From: a virus
Direction: 5' to 3' (one strand)
IMG/VR virus record: IMGVR_UViG_3300036828_001020
Location: 5,180 to 69,179 of that record
DNA: 64,000 nt
The position numbers and the translations under genes were made by a program. Positions 27,908 to 36,812 of the stretch are shown piece after piece. Position 1 is the first letter of the stretch. The number at the start of each line of letters is the position of its first letter. The notes under the pieces were generated by a model. The model did not search any database. It had not been told where the DNA came from and was given only the letters and a program-made list of their open reading frames with translations.

Positions 27908-28245
27908 GCACGCGAGAGGACGGACTTGTCAGACAGTGGCTGGCGCTGCCGCGGGCTGAGCGGTTGCGGTACGTGCGCCACGATCCGGCCTATCAGCGAG
28001 CCAACGAGCTCGCCGATCATCTGATGGAGCTGCTGCACGCCGCCGTGCGCTCCGGCGAGGTTGGCCTCGAAATCTCAGGCATCGCGGCGCCGACAATCGT
28101 CGAGCGCAACCGCGCGATCCTCGCTCGCTATTTGAGCCCCCTCAAAGCGGCGGCGTGGATGGCCGAGGGGCCGATGGACCCGGACCTCCTCGAATATTGC
28201 ATCTTGAAGCTGATCGCTGCCGGGGTGTCGATCCCGAAACCGTGA
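27904..28245 (+). CDS. Hypothetical protein
   Basis: ATGA coupling with the previous gene, GGAG SD. Confidence 0.6.
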   Translation: MSTREDGLVRQWLALPRAERLRYVRHDPAYQRANELADHLMELLHAAVRSGEVGLEISGIAAPTIVERNRAILARYLSPLKAAAWMAEGPMDPDLLEYCILKLIAAGVSIPKP

Positions 28246-28249
28246 GCTG

Positions 28250-28277
28250 AAAAAAAGCGGCCCCAGGAGGAGCCGCC
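28250..28277 (-). terminator. Intrinsic terminator
   Basis: GCGGCTCC-tcct-GGGGCCGC followed by T7 on the minus strand. Confidence 0.65.
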
Positions 28278-28392
28278 AAGGTCATGGGAGACGTAGGAAT
28301 GCCCGGTCTTGGACGAGACCGGACACTCTTGTCTTGGCCCACAGCCCGACCACCGCGCCACCAAATAATTTGGCGTCAGCGCATTTTTATGT

Positions 28393-28421
28393 TTGACTTT
28401 GTTGGCGTCACGCCATATATT
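28393..28421 (+). promoter_or_regulatory. Sigma70 promoter
   Basis: TTGACT-N17-TATATT with an AT-rich upstream element. Confidence 0.75.
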
Positions 28422-28492
28422 CTCATCATCAGAACAACGACACGCCAGCCCGGTGGAAGGCCCGGACCGAGAGCCAGAGCGCCTGTAAACGA

Positions 28493-28538
28493 GGGTCGCG
28501 CCGTACAAGTCGGCGCCTGATGAGCAGGAGCGAAACCC
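28493..28538 (+). ncRNA. Type III hammerhead ribozyme
   Basis: GGGUC / GCGCCG-uacaagu-CGGCGC / CUGAUGA / GC-agga-GC / GAAA / CCC: complete catalytic core and all three stems pair. Confidence 0.8.
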
Positions 28539-28539
28539 A

Positions 28540-28809
28540 ATGTACACGATCGCGGTTGCCGGTAGCGAATTCGAGACCAGCGCAGATATCCGCGCCAAAC
28601 TGCACCAGGCTGACGAAATCGAGGCACGGCACATCAAGGCGATCGATCGTATCGAACGCGAGGGGATCAAGTATTCGAACGAGGATTTCGACATTCTGTC
28701 GGGTGCGCGGCACGCGATTTGGCGCCGCGGAGAATGCGAGCGCCTTGGGCTACATACCAATTGCAGCGCAACGGAATTCTGGGGCGCTAAGGCAAGGGAA
28801 ACCCAATGA
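28540..28809 (+). CDS. Hypothetical protein
   Basis: AGGAG SD lies inside the ribozyme. Confidence 0.65.
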   Translation: MYTIAVAGSEFETSADIRAKLHQADEIEARHIKAIDRIEREGIKYSNEDFDILSGARHAIWRRGECERLGLHTNCSATEFWGAKARETQ

Positions 28810-28940
28810 ACAAGCTGACAGACAACAACGGATACCTGGTAGCGCGGGGATCAAAGGCGAAGCTGCTGGCCTTCGTCGAGAAACAGCGCCAGTTCGACCC
28901 GGGTTATGCCCTTTGGCTCAACGGAGTGCGGGTGCTTTAA
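28806..28940 (+). CDS. Small hypothetical protein (44 aa)
   Basis: ATGA coupling; MNKLTDNNGYLVARG. Confidence 0.5.
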   Translation: MNKLTDNNGYLVARGSKAKLLAFVEKQRQFDPGYALWLNGVRVL

Positions 28941-29093
28941 GCACCCAGGAGCGAAACACGATGATGCGGCCGACCTAGAGCGGCCGCCCCTCCGGGATGG
29001 GGCACACCCGGCGGTGCCGCGGCCACTTCGAGCCGCGGGCCGGACAGTTCATAAAATCGGCAATCCTGCCGGGCTCTTTTTTCGGAGGCTCTC

Positions 29094-29297
29094 ATGAGCG
29101 CTTCTCAAATCGCTGCGCGCCACTTCGGCCGCCCGGCCGTTGCCACCCTCGCCCGCAAGGGCATTCGGGTGATTGGCCTGCAAGCCATCCCCGACGAGCG
29201 CGGCTCGTTCCTCAACTCGACCACCGGTTACGTTGTCGACGACAACGGCTGCGGTCGGGTGTGGACCTTCCGCCAAGTAAGTGAGGCGGCGCGGTGA
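29094..29297 (+). CDS. Hypothetical protein
   Basis: GGAGG SD. Confidence 0.6.
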   Translation: MSASQIAARHFGRPAVATLARKGIRVIGLQAIPDERGSFLNSTTGYVVDDNGCGRVWTFRQVSEAAR

Positions 29298-29539
29298 GCG
29301 CCGCCCGGGAGGATCCGCCGCTCGACTTGCGCGAGCAGATCGCCCGCATCGACCGGGCGATCATCGAAGGCGGCAAGCTGCGCGCCGAAACCGAAAAATT
29401 CGTCGCCGAGCAGCGCAAGCTGGAAGCCGAGGCCCGCAAGTTCGACCGCGAGCGCTGGCTGGCCCCCGCGCTGGCGATTGCCGCGGTGATCGGCGGGTTG
29501 CTCGGCACCGCCTCGTTTATTGCCAAGCTGATCCAATGA
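29294..29539 (+). CDS. Coiled-coil protein with C-terminal TM helix
   Basis: KLRAETEKFVAEQRKLEAEARK followed by a hydrophobic tail. Confidence 0.65.
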   Translation: MSAAREDPPLDLREQIARIDRAIIEGGKLRAETEKFVAEQRKLEAEARKFDRERWLAPALAIAAVIGGLLGTASFIAKLIQ

Positions 29540-29748
29540 CCGGGCCCGAGTTGCGCGCTTTCCGCAAGCGCTTAGGCCTCACCCAGGCGCAATTTGCCGA
29601 AACCCTCGGTATCTCGGCCAGCCAGCTTCACAACTATGAACACGAGCGCGACCGCCGCACCGGCGAACCCTGCCCGGTTCCCAAGCTCGTAGCACTCGCC
29701 TGCATCGCACTGGAAACGCCCGCCCAACATGAAAGGATCAACCGATGA
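29536..29748 (+). CDS. XRE-family HTH protein
   Basis: ELRAFRKRLGLTQAQFAETLGIS..NYE. Confidence 0.8.
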   Translation: MTGPELRAFRKRLGLTQAQFAETLGISASQLHNYEHERDRRTGEPCPVPKLVALACIALETPAQHERINR

Positions 29749-29942
29749 TCGCGCTACCGTTTGACGATCACCTCGAGTTTGCCGAGGCGCTCTATTATGC
29801 GCACACAGCGGCCAAGCTCACTCGGGTGGAAAATCCGCACGCCGAACCGCGCAGCCCGGAGTGGGAAGAGGTTAGCGAAGACGAACGCTCGATTTGGCGG
29901 TTGACCGCCAGACGGTTGTTGCAGCTGCATCCAACGAGCTGA
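29745..29942 (+). CDS. Hypothetical protein
   Basis: ATGA coupling. Confidence 0.55.
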   Translation: MIALPFDDHLEFAEALYYAHTAAKLTRVENPHAEPRSPEWEEVSEDERSIWRLTARRLLQLHPTS

Positions 29943-29973
29943 ACTAATCCCGATTGCGACACCCTTATCGATG

Positions 29974-30210
29974 TCACCTGATCGGCAGCGGCACGATGCA
30001 GGCCAATAGCGCGAAGACCACGACGATGACCGCGATGGCGACTGCCGCCCACAAGACGATGCGGACGACTTGGATCGCCACGTTGACCACCCAGGCGAAC
30101 TCTGCCGGCGGGGCGGCCAGTGCCAGCAACACGCGGATGATCGCAAAGACCGCGAGCACCACGACGATCCAGATCAACAGATGCTCGATCGAGCCCAAGC
30201 CAAAGCACAT
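29974..30210 (-). CDS. Small 2-TM membrane protein
   Basis: GAGGAG SD; two hydrophobic helices. Confidence 0.6.
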   Translation of the reverse strand: MCFGLGSIEHLLIWIVVVLAVFAIIRVLLALAAPPAEFAWVVNVAIQVVRIVLWAAVAIAVIVVVFALLACIVPLPIR

Positions 30211-30215
30211 GGCGG

Positions 30216-31058
30216 TTACTCCTCGAACACGGCCCCGGCCGTGTAGCCGGCATCGCGTAACGCCCGCAGGTATTCCGGATTGCGCGGAAGTCGAAGCGTT
30301 GCGCCGGGTTCCGGGGCTTCGCCGATCACCGATTCCGGCCAGCACCGACAGTTGATCCAAGCACCTGCGTGCGCCCGCACTTCCGGTTGTCCAGGCTCGG
30401 TGACGACCGGCGGATCGCTCCATAGAACAAATTGGCCCTCGAGCTCTTTGTGACGCGGGCGAACGTCGGCGTCGCGGGCGGTGCGCCACCAGTAGCCCGG
30501 TGAGCCGACATGCTCGGCGCGCACCTGCGTCAGGTTGGTGGCGGCCCGCCCGGTCTCGGTGCGGGCGATCGTGTTGGCTCGGCTCCGGGTGACCTCGCCG
30601 GTGCGCATGATCTCCTTGGCGATCTCGTTCCAGCGCTCGCCGCTGGTCAGCCCAAGGGTCGCCAATTCGTGCACGCGGTCGGCGGCCTCGCGCGGCAATG
30701 AGGTGATCAAGTCGACCTGCTCGGTCATCAGCCGCTGAAAGGTCAACCCGGTCGGCGCGGTGGCGATCTCGCGGCGCAATCGGCGGCCGATCTCTTTACC
30801 GAGCTCGTGCCACGCATTGGCGTCACGCCGCGCCACCTCGGCGAGCATCCGCTCGGCCTGGGTTTCGGCCCACGGCTCGAGGATCACCGCATAGGCTTGG
30901 AGTGTCTCCTCGAGCTGGCGCAGCCCTGCCGGGTCATCAGGCGCAAACCCGCGCACGATATCGTCAATGTGGCGCGCGATGCGGCGCAGGTTGCGGGCAT
31001 ATTCGGCCTCGGCGCGGCGCACCGTCTCAAACGGCCGGCGGCGCCGCGAACGCGCCAC
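30216..31058 (-). CDS. Head morphogenesis protein (Mu gpF-like)
   Basis: RANTIARTET..YWWRTARDADVRPRH..HAG..INCRC. Confidence 0.9.
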   Translation of the reverse strand: MARSRRRRPFETVRRAEAEYARNLRRIARHIDDIVRGFAPDDPAGLRQLEETLQAYAVILEPWAETQAERMLAEVARRDANAWHELGKEIGRRLRREIATAPTGLTFQRLMTEQVDLITSLPREAADRVHELATLGLTSGERWNEIAKEIMRTGEVTRSRANTIARTETGRAATNLTQVRAEHVGSPGYWWRTARDADVRPRHKELEGQFVLWSDPPVVTEPGQPEVRAHAGAWINCRCWPESVIGEAPEPGATLRLPRNPEYLRALRDAGYTAGAVFEE

Positions 31059-31061
31059 CGG

Positions 31062-32723
31062 TCACACCCCGCTGCGCGCGGCCCTGCGGGTTTCGGCCCG
31101 GCCGGCAAGCGGATCGCGGCCACCACTGCCGGACGGCGAGGCGACCGAGGTAACGGTCTGGCCCTGCTGCGGCCCGCCGCCGGCGGGACGCGGTGGCCCG
31201 CCCAGCCGCTCGCTCGGCGCCATCGGCGGCGGTGGCGGCGGCTCGGGCAAGTCGTCGGGGTCGAGCTCCAGCCCTGCATACGGGCTCTCGGGGTCGGTCG
31301 CCAATACCTGGCGCACCTCCTGGTTGGAGATCGCACCCATCTGCTCGTATTGATCGTGAATGTCGGCCTTGGTCTTTTGCACCGCTGCTTGTCCGGCCTC
31401 GTCGAGCTGCCACAGCGATTTGAAATCAAACGTGATGTCGGGATCGACCCGGCCAAACAACGAGAGTTGGACAAAGTCGATGACCCGGGTCAGCGGCTCG
31501 CGAAACAGCTTGTTCTGAACGGCTCTGATCCAGTCATAGAAAGATCTAATTTCCCCTTCGCTGCTGGCATTGAGACCTGACGGGGTAAGTCCGGTATATT
31601 TAATAAGTGGAAGGCCAGAAATCGAGCAGATGTGCTCTTGACTTTGCGCCTGCAGCGCCTCGAGACCACCCAACGGTGTCGAGATGTTCTGAAACTCTTC
31701 GGTATCCTTGTTGAGGATCAACAGCCCTCGGTTGTCGCGGAAAAAATTGTAGAGATCGGCGCGGTTCTCGACGATTGGCTGGCCGCCCCGGTTCAGCATC
31801 GCGGTCAGATCGGTCAGCATCACGCTGGTCGAGAACGAGCGGATCAGATCGGCGACCGAGTCGCGGGTCTGCACCCATTTGTCGATGTAGGGCTTGGCCA
31901 TCTGCGACAGCGGCAGACCACCAAACATATAGGCGGGCTTTAACAGATCCCGGACCGGGCGCCCGACCAGGGTCAGCAGTCGCGTGGCGTGGATCTGCTT
32001 ACCCATGACAAACCAGCTTTGCGGCTTGTACCAATCGGCGCGCAGCGGGTCAGAGCTGTTGTAATCGATCGGATAGGTCCACACCGGCTCGACGGTGCGC
32101 ACCGCCTTTAGACCGCCCTTGCGGACCTTGGCGAGCGAAGTCTCGTCGCGGCCATGGCCGATCGAGGTCTTCAGCTCGTTGGGGTTATCAGTGGTGCCGA
32201 GATCAAGGTAGAGGTGCCCGCGGCCAAAAAAACAGTCGAGCTCGGCCAACTCATTACATGCATCCTGCACGCCAAGTCGTTTGAGCTCGTCATAGATCGC
32301 GTTGATTTCGAGGGTCTTGTCCTTGTCGCTTGAGCTTTTGAGCTCGATCCACTCGCGGGTCATCTCCGAGGCCATGACTTCCGCGAGACGCCGGTACTCG
32401 CCGCGCTGCGCCAGCTCGGACAGCACCGGATAGCCGAGAAAGCTCAGCCCATCGGTATAGTAGACGGCGAGCAATTGCTCGGCCGCCCAATTGGTCGCGG
32501 AACCGAGATTGCTGTCCATCGCCATCGTGGAACGGTCCGGCGGCACGACCCCGGGCATTGGCGGCTTGACCGCAAAGGTCGGCTGTCGCGGTTTGCCGCT
32601 CGGTATCTCGCCGCGCCGGCCGGCATTGTGCAGTGCCGTGGCAAAGTCGATCACCGCAGCCGCTACACCCCGACGTTTGCGTGGCGGCGAGGGGCCGCCG
32701 GGCGGCATGTTGACGACAGTCAC
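31062..32723 (-). CDS. Portal protein (DUF1073-like)
   Basis: FLGYPVLSELAQRGEYR..EMTREWI..GLTPSGLNASSEGEIRSFYD. Confidence 0.92.
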   Translation of the reverse strand: MTVVNMPPGGPSPPRKRRGVAAAVIDFATALHNAGRRGEIPSGKPRQPTFAVKPPMPGVVPPDRSTMAMDSNLGSATNWAAEQLLAVYYTDGLSFLGYPVLSELAQRGEYRRLAEVMASEMTREWIELKSSSDKDKTLEINAIYDELKRLGVQDACNELAELDCFFGRGHLYLDLGTTDNPNELKTSIGHGRDETSLAKVRKGGLKAVRTVEPVWTYPIDYNSSDPLRADWYKPQSWFVMGKQIHATRLLTLVGRPVRDLLKPAYMFGGLPLSQMAKPYIDKWVQTRDSVADLIRSFSTSVMLTDLTAMLNRGGQPIVENRADLYNFFRDNRGLLILNKDTEEFQNISTPLGGLEALQAQSQEHICSISGLPLIKYTGLTPSGLNASSEGEIRSFYDWIRAVQNKLFREPLTRVIDFVQLSLFGRVDPDITFDFKSLWQLDEAGQAAVQKTKADIHDQYEQMGAISNQEVRQVLATDPESPYAGLELDPDDLPEPPPPPPMAPSERLGGPPRPAGGGPQQGQTVTSVASPSGSGGRDPLAGRAETRRAARSGV

Positions 32724-34090
32724 CGCCGGATCACGCCAACGACCGGTCGCCGGATCAGCATGTCGTTGGTGACGATCACCGGCGGCGGCGCCGGCTCGAC
32801 CAGAAGCTCGCTAAAGGCCCAGACCAACGCGTCGACCCGGTCGGGCGAGCCGGCCATGTCTCTGTCGATATCGACGGTAAAGGATGTCATCTGAGCCTCC
32901 AGCTCGGGAAAATTCCCGACGTGGTGGATCCTTCGCTGCTCATAGAGGGCCGAGACCGGCTCGGCGCGGATCACCTTGCCGCGCGAGGCATGCACGGGCG
33001 TGTAGGCCACATTCGGGTCAACCATGCGGATGGTGTTCTCGACCATCTCGCCACCAGCATTGATCTCGGCGACGATCCGGTCAGCCTTGCGCTCCGGGTT
33101 GCTGTATTGGGCAATTGCGGCGCGCGCCCATTCGATCGGCTGATAATGCCCGGAGACATCGGCCAGCACATAGCCGTGCCCGTTCCAATCCTTGCCGGCG
33201 ACAATGATCCCGGTCTCATCGGCATCCTCACCCGAGGTCATCGCGGGGTCGATCGCCACCACGACGCGCTGCAAATTTGGCAATCTGTAACCATAGGGCA
33301 ACCGATCGCGCTCGATGCTTTCGTGCGTCCATAGCGCGCCCGGCACATCCTCGAGCAGCTCGGCATAGATCTCCTGGCGACCGAGGCGCGTGCCTTCGTA
33401 GCGGCGCAGGATCTGGTCAAAAAAGCTGGCCGGCAAATTGGACTGGTTATCAAAGGTCGAGCCGCGGGTGACCGTGGTCGTCGAAGCGGTCAGCAACTCG
33501 CGGATCAGCTTTGTCGGACGCGGTGTGGTGGTTACACAAACCCGCGGATGCGGCCCGAGGCGCAGCCCGAACATCAGCATGTCCCAGGCCTCGGGATAGC
33601 GCCACGCGCCAATCTCGTCGCACCACGCTGCGTCGTGTTGCGGTCCGCGCAAACGCTCCGGCTCATCGGCTGAGTAGGCAGTCGCCTGCGCGCCGTTGGA
33701 CCACACGAGACGACGCTTGGAGGGCTCGTATTGCGGTCGCGCCCACGGCGGCGAGATCGCCAGGATGCCGCTTTGCCCCTCGATCATCACATCGCGCACA
33801 TCGGCCGCGGTGGCGGCGACCAGCGCGAGCCTGCCGTGCCCGGCAGCGATCTGCATGCGGCACCATTCGGCACCCGCTCGGGTCTTGCCAAATCCGCGAC
33901 CGGCGAGCATCAGCCAGACCAGCCAATCGCCCGCCGGCGGCAGCTGGTTGGCGCGTGCCCACCATTCGCCCCAGGCATAGGGAAATTCGGTCTGCGCCTT
34001 AGCCGACCACCTTGCCATTACCGCGTGCCGCTGAGGCGGGCTCAGCTGCGCCAGCTGCTCGACTGGCGAGAGCGTCGATAAGCTGCTCAT
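32720..34090 (-). CDS. terL: Terminase large subunit
   Basis: AGRGFGKT Walker A, RLRGPQ..AWCDE Walker B, VVAIDP and SPDRVDA nuclease motifs. Confidence 0.95.
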   Translation of the reverse strand: MSSLSTLSPVEQLAQLSPPQRHAVMARWSAKAQTEFPYAWGEWWARANQLPPAGDWLVWLMLAGRGFGKTRAGAEWCRMQIAAGHGRLALVAATAADVRDVMIEGQSGILAISPPWARPQYEPSKRRLVWSNGAQATAYSADEPERLRGPQHDAAWCDEIGAWRYPEAWDMLMFGLRLGPHPRVCVTTTPRPTKLIRELLTASTTTVTRGSTFDNQSNLPASFFDQILRRYEGTRLGRQEIYAELLEDVPGALWTHESIERDRLPYGYRLPNLQRVVVAIDPAMTSGEDADETGIIVAGKDWNGHGYVLADVSGHYQPIEWARAAIAQYSNPERKADRIVAEINAGGEMVENTIRMVDPNVAYTPVHASRGKVIRAEPVSALYEQRRIHHVGNFPELEAQMTSFTVDIDRDMAGSPDRVDALVWAFSELLVEPAPPPVIVTNDMLIRRPVVGVIRR

Positions 34091-34460
34091 TGCGCTTACG
34101 GGCCTCCGCAATCGGCATTGGCAACGACAGCTCGACGGCCCCGCCGTCCTTGCCGGTCATCTCCAGGCGCCGGGTAAAGCCGCGGCTCTTGCCGAGCGTC
34201 TCCAGGTAGAACCGCGCCGCATTCAGGTCTTTGTTCTGCAGCGCCTCGACCATGATCTGTTCGGCCATATCGACAGTAAAATCGCGAGCCTGCTCGCACG
34301 CCTCCTGCAGGCGCTTGGAGCGGTGCACCGCCATGGCGACGAGCTCGCGCGAGCATGATTTTCCGGTCTCGGCTTGCAATGCGCGTGCCGCAGCGGCTTT
34401 GATGCCGCCCTGCGAGCGCAACGCCCGCTCGATTTGCTCGGCTGTAAAGATCCGTGCCAT
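33999..34460 (-). CDS. terS: Terminase small subunit
   Basis: N-terminal HTH; AARFYLETLGKSRGF..EMTGKDGG; directly upstream of TerL. Confidence 0.8.
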   Translation of the reverse strand: MARIFTAEQIERALRSQGGIKAAAARALQAETGKSCSRELVAMAVHRSKRLQEACEQARDFTVDMAEQIMVEALQNKDLNAARFYLETLGKSRGFTRRLEMTGKDGGAVELSLPMPIAEARKRNEQLIDALASRAAGAAEPASAARGNGKVVG

Positions 34461-34575
34461 CAGTTTGCCGCCTCGGGCGCGTGTAGAACCGTAACGGGTC
34501 GTAACGCTACCCGCTCGGCCGCGATCTCGGCGAGGGTTCGACCGTCGCCGTCCAGGTCAGCGGGCGGCTGTCGCC

Positions 34576-34803
34576 TTAGCGGCGGGTGCTGTCGGCTTTG
34601 CAGCGGGCGCGCCATTTCTCGATCTCGCTGATGTTGCAGGCGTGGTCGGCGGGTCCGGTGCGGCATTTCTCTTGCCAGCTGTGGAGCTGCCGGCACGAGG
34701 GCGGCACACCCTCGAGCCCCTGGCGGTCGCCGGCGAGCGCTGATCCCCACCAGCACAACGCGACGAGGCAGCCGGCGAGCAAGAGCCTCGCCAACGTCAG
34801 CAT
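34576..34803 (-). CDS. Small secreted Cys-rich protein
   Basis: Signal peptide ending ALA; mature part C-x9-C-x8-C-x11-C. Confidence 0.6.
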   Translation of the reverse strand: MLTLARLLLAGCLVALCWWGSALAGDRQGLEGVPPSCRQLHSWQEKCRTGPADHACNISEIEKWRARCKADSTRR

Positions 34804-34811
34804 AGCCCTGA

Positions 34812-34997
34812 TCACAGCAAACCGACCAGCAGCAGCACGAGCACGACCAACGCCACGACGCCGAGCAAGCCGGCGGGGTAATAACCCCATGTTGCGGGAG
34901 CCTCGTTGTAGGGCCAATGCGGCAATCCGGCGATGATCAGCACCACCAGCACAATCAAGAGAATAATTCCGGCGGGCGATAAATAGTGCTGCGCCAT
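34812..34997 (-). CDS. DUF3309-family small membrane protein
   Basis: LPHWPY..WGYYPAG.LG..LVLLLVG. Confidence 0.75.
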   Translation of the reverse strand: MAQHYLSPAGIILLIVLVVLIIAGLPHWPYNEAPATWGYYPAGLLGVVALVVLVLLLVGLL

Positions 34998-35099
34998 CCC
35001 CGGAATTCCCTTGTGTTGAGGCATTTAATGCCTTATTGTGAGGTCGTACCGAAGCGCTGCTCGAAACTTCGCTTCACCACACGAAAGGGAAATTATCCG

Positions 35100-35345
35100 A
35101 TGCCAAAAGCCATTCGCGGCCTTCACGCGCACATCGCCGACATGCTGGGCGTTACGGAATCAGGCTTAGAGACCCTGTTCCGGATCAAAAGAGGCGACAA
35201 CATCAGCGGCGGACAAGCGGGCGCGCGGCTACTGCGCCAGCGGTATGTCACTGACCCCATTCATGCGGGTGGTGGCTATTGGATGCGCAGCCTCACCCCC
35301 GCCGGGCTCGACATCTGCAATCGCGCCCGCACTCTCGGCTGGTAA
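35100..35345 (+). CDS. Hypothetical (winged-helix-like) protein
   Basis: GAAAGG SD; LTPAG motif. Confidence 0.55.
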   Translation: MPKAIRGLHAHIADMLGVTESGLETLFRIKRGDNISGGQAGARLLRQRYVTDPIHAGGGYWMRSLTPAGLDICNRARTLGW

Positions 35346-35401
35346 TAACGAACCCCGCCCGGCGCTCGAAACGCCGGCAAACCCCACGAAAGGATCTCAC
35401 G

Positions 35402-35707
35402 ATGAAACTCTCGATCATCGCCGCCCTCACCACTGCCCTGGTCGCGACCGGCGCCAGCGCCGCCGAGGCCCAGATGACCTGCGAAGCGGGCATCGCGGCA
35501 ATGCACCGGGGCGTCACCCCGACCAACCCGCCGAACTGGTCAGAATGCCTACGCCAGGCCGCGCCCGCGGACGCTGTACAGGAGGAAATCAAACGCAACA
35601 TTGCCAATGGCGACCCAGTCTTCATCGGCTGTGATGACTATGCCCGTATGAGCGGCTGTCGATACCTCTACCCGCCTTACCGCCCTTTTATCGACGTAAG
35701 GCCGTAG
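35402..35707 (+). CDS. Secreted protein
   Basis: Signal peptide MKLSIIAAL..AEA; four Cys. Confidence 0.65.
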   Translation: MKLSIIAALTTALVATGASAAEAQMTCEAGIAAMHRGVTPTNPPNWSECLRQAAPADAVQEEIKRNIANGDPVFIGCDDYARMSGCRYLYPPYRPFIDVRP

Positions 35708-35829
35708 CCCCGCGGTGCCGCCCGCGATGCTCGAACACCCGGGCGGCGTGCCCGCTGCCGGCCCCTCGTCCCACGAAAGCAAAACGAGGGTGCGTAGCGA
35801 GACCACCAATTTAATCGAGGAGCCGGGCG

Positions 35830-36030
35830 ATGACACCCCAAGAACTGCGCGCCTGGCGTCTCTCACTCGGCTGGTCGCAGCCGCAAGCGGCCACCGCACT
35901 TGGTATGGCGACGCGCTCCTATAGGTACCTCGAGGCCGGCGAAACCAGCACCCGGGCGAGCCGCCGCGAAGTGCCGGTTGCGATCGAGCTGGCAACCCAT
36001 GAACTCACGCGCCGCCACAAAGAAAGTTAA
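35830..36030 (+). CDS. XRE-family HTH protein
   Basis: ELRAWRLSLGWSQPQAATALG..YLEAG. Confidence 0.8.
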   Translation: MTPQELRAWRLSLGWSQPQAATALGMATRSYRYLEAGETSTRASRREVPVAIELATHELTRRHKES

Positions 36031-36041
36031 TTCCCAGTTAA
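36027..36041. promoter_or_regulatory. Putative CtrA binding site
   Basis: TTAA-ttcccag-TTAA; reads TTAA-N7-TTAAC on the minus strand. Confidence 0.5.
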
Positions 36042-36094
36042 TTCCCCGCCGGTGCTCGAAACGCCGGCAAACCCACGAAAGGAAACCTTCACCG

Positions 36095-36418
36095 ATGTTC
36101 GACGCAATCATTGCCGGTATAGCTTTAGGCTTGGCAATCCTCGCCCTACTGCTGCTCTCGGGCTGCACCGCCCCGGTTCCCGGCTACACCTGGAATAAGA
36201 CCGCGGCCACCCAGGCCGATTTCGCCAGCGATAGCTTTGGGTGCAAGCAAACCGCGCGGGCGACCGTTCCCGGTGGCGGTGTGGCGGTCGGCGGGCTGGC
36301 GTTTGTCCTGATCGCCACCGCGGTGCGCGCCGAGAACACTCACAATGGCCAACAGCAAGTCTACAACGAGTGCATGGCGGCACTCGGCTACACCCCGACC
36401 CCGGCGGTCGCGCCATGA
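36095..36418 (+). CDS. Lipoprotein
   Basis: LSGC lipobox; W.K..DF..D..C and CM..LGY motifs. Confidence 0.75.
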   Translation: MFDAIIAGIALGLAILALLLLSGCTAPVPGYTWNKTAATQADFASDSFGCKQTARATVPGGGVAVGGLAFVLIATAVRAENTHNGQQQVYNECMAALGYTPTPAVAP

Positions 36419-36639
36419 TGGACGCGCCAACCACCGGTATGTTTTGGCTGGCGATCGGGTTATTCGCCAAAATCTTGCTGACCACGGCGGCCACCTTTGA
36501 CGGTGGCGCCGGGAGCGAGCCGCCCTATTCCTGCCGGCTCCTCTACGACGAGCAAAAGAAGTGCGCGTTTGGCAGCTGCGACACGCGGGTCCTCGAGCGG
36601 CTGCGCAACGAGTGTCTGCGCGATGGCGGGCGGCCATGA
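36415..36639 (+). CDS. Small secreted Cys-rich protein
   Basis: Hydrophobic N-terminus; C-x9-C-x4-C-x11-C. Confidence 0.6.
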   Translation: MMDAPTTGMFWLAIGLFAKILLTTAATFDGGAGSEPPYSCRLLYDEQKKCAFGSCDTRVLERLRNECLRDGGRP

Positions 36640-36812
36640 CTATGCCGCGTAGTCTCGACGGAACCTACTGCCACGCGTGCGGCGGCGAGATGTTCATCCA
36701 ACCGGATGGCGTGTCGCACCACGGCCGGCTTGGCGAGATAAGCCACGATGACGACGCCGACCACGTCGCGGTTGCCGATGTCGAGGGCGCCGCGCTGGGG
36801 GAGGGGTGCTGA
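36636..36812 (+). CDS. Small CxxC / His-rich protein
   Basis: CHACGG..SHH..DH. Confidence 0.5.
   Translation: MTMPRSLDGTYCHACGGEMFIQPDGVSHHGRLGEISHDDDADHVAVADVEGAALGEGC

Noticed and set aside
28441-28490. Twister-sister ribozyme upstream of the hammerhead
   Set aside because: Only one similar hairpin loop; the remaining stems could not be formed.
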